Below are positions 8,432 through 9,113 of a stretch of 9,113 nucleotides of DNA, piece after piece. Positions within the stretch are counted from its first letter, which is position 1, and each line of letters begins with the position of its first letter. The notes under the pieces were generated by a model. The model was not told the DNA's origin. It searched no databases and saw nothing but the letters and a program-made list of their open reading frames with translations. The position numbers and the translations under genes were made by a program. Origin of the DNA: Candidatus Saccharimonadota bacterium (GTDB taxonomy: Bacteria > Pseudomonadota > Gammaproteobacteria > Enterobacterales > Enterobacteriaceae); contig NZ_CP046218.1 in NCBI RefSeq assembly GCF_012571345.1, forward strand, positions 184,386 to 193,498, given 5' to 3'.

Positions 8432-8437
8432 CCTCCT
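8432..8437 (-). promoter_or_regulatory. Shine-Dalgarno (AGGAGG) of carA
   Basis: The minus strand reads AGTAGGAGGGTTTTTG. It is a perfect AGGAGG core 4 nt upstream of the TTG start, and the only G/C-rich hexamer in the 308-bp spacer. Confidence 0.65.
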
Positions 8438-8702
8438 ACTTATCAAAGTTATTATTTTTAATAAAAATTATATTAATCGTATTGTCATTAAAAATATCTT
8501 TTATATTGCAAAATGTGTAATAAGTATTTTAAAAAATAGAATAAAAATTATATGTTTTTTTAAAAATTACTATTTTAATAAATAATAAACAACATAATAA
8601 TATTATTTAATATATTTTTGATATAAAGATATATTGTTATTTTTTACAAAATATTTCAGTATTTAATATGTATAAATATTTTTATTTTATAATAATTTCT
8701 CA

Positions 8703-8727
8703 TACTCTCTTAACAATTAAGAGAGTA
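8703..8727 (-). terminator. Hairpin immediately downstream of ilvC (possible non-canonical terminator or mRNA 3' stabiliser)
   Basis: tactctcttaa (8703-8713) / caa / ttaagagagta (8717-8727) form an 11-bp perfect stem with a 3-nt loop (more realistically 9-10 bp with a larger loop). It starts 9 nt after the ilvC stop (8738-8736). On the minus strand a T7 run lies before the stem, not after it; the 3' flank is AUGAGAAAUUAUUAU. The U-tract is therefore weak and misplaced, hence the low confidence. Confidence 0.35.
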
Positions 8728-8735
8728 AAAAAATA

Positions 8736-9113
8736 TTAAGATAATATCTTTTGTAAAGATTTCATATGAATCATATATTTACGTAAAATTATTCCTATTT
8801 TTTCAATAGGATGATCATGAATCTTATTCTGAATATGTAACAAAGTTATATTATTAACATTCATACTTAATTTTTTAATACCTAGATCTTCTCGTGTTAA
8901 AGTATCTATAAAATTTTGCAATAATGGTATTGCCCTATGAGTAAACAAATAATTACCATATTCAGCTGTATCAGATATAGTTTTATTCATTTCATATAAT
9001 TTTTTTCTTTTTATGGTATTTGCTATTAGTGGTAATTCATGTAGTGATTCATAATATGCAGAAATATTAGATATGCCAGTTTCCGTCATAATTTCATATG
9101 CTAGTTCCACGCT
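8736..9113 (-). CDS. ilvC: Ketol-acid reductoisomerase IlvC, C-terminal ~125 codons; the 5' part lies beyond the window end
   Basis: The minus frame is open to the window edge. The 'M' at 9110 in the track is an internal GTG (Val). Hand translation [57 protein letters not shown] matches E. coli IlvC ...[57 protein letters not shown]. The C-terminus aligns with ...IEQVGKKLRGYMTDMKRI. The stop is TAA at 8738-8736. Confidence 0.95.
   Translation of the reverse strand, partial: SVELAYEIMTETGISNISAYYESLHELPLIANTIKRKKLYEMNKTISDTAEYGNYLFTHRAIPLLQNFIDTLTREDLGIKKLSMNVNNITLLHIQNKIHDHPIEKIGIILRKYMIHMKSLQKILS

Noticed and set aside
8460-8553. 14-bp direct repeat AATAAAAATTATAT at 8460-8473 and 8540-8553, 80 bp apart
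   Set aside because: In a ~300-bp stretch of essentially two-letter sequence, one or more 14-mer repeats is about what chance predicts: (0.5)^14 times ~45,000 position pairs is on the order of 1-3.
8428-8735. Search for ARG boxes (TNTGAATWWWWATTCANW), a PurR box and clear sigma70 hexamers for carAB
   Set aside because: There is no convincing TGAAT...ATTCA pair. Several TATAAT-like or TTGACA-like hexamers exist (e.g. ATGACA and TATAAT near 8477-8498, but with a 10-nt spacer), and none has proper spacing. Hexamer matches carry no information in this composition, so I make no promoter call.
8668-8739. 23-codon plus-strand ORF ([23 protein letters not shown]) spanning the hairpin and overlapping the ilvC stop
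   Set aside because: It has no SD. Its composition is just translated A/T sequence, and it overlaps the ilvC 3' end on the opposite strand. An ORF this short is expected by chance.

Overview
This is a very AT-rich, tightly packed window containing only housekeeping genes. It looks like a reduced-genome gammaproteobacterial (Enterobacterales-type) insect endosymbiont; I cannot name the organism without a database search. Gene order: groEL 5' part (-, 1-878, runs off the window and so is missing from the ORF track), groES (-), divergent dcuA (+), tRNA-Phe(GAA) (+), ygfZ (-), carB (-), carA (-), and the ilvC 3' end (-, runs off the window). Every long ORF belongs to a well-known family. The two leftover track ORFs (145-666 + and 6959-7174 +) are antisense shadows of groEL and carB. 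I see no mobile element, CRISPR array, defence or toxin-antitoxin genes, or orphan-gene cluster, so I do not think this window hides a novel multi-gene system. The points worth a second look are small-scale. (1) A perfect 51-bp all-A/T palindrome fills the carB-ygfZ spacer and abuts the ygfZ start codon. (2) A relatively GC-rich island upstream of groES matches a sigma32 heat-shock promoter. (3) carA starts at TTG behind a strong AGGAGG. (4) The tRNA-Phe has an anticodon-stem mismatch and no encoded CCA. (5) Long poly(A) tracts sit inside dcuA and carA. (6) The ilvC-carA spacer is an oversized 308 bp and carries one clean hairpin. (7) The nucleotide-effector residues of the CarB allosteric domain look partly eroded. 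All protein identifications rest on my recollection of the E. coli orthologues, not on searches.
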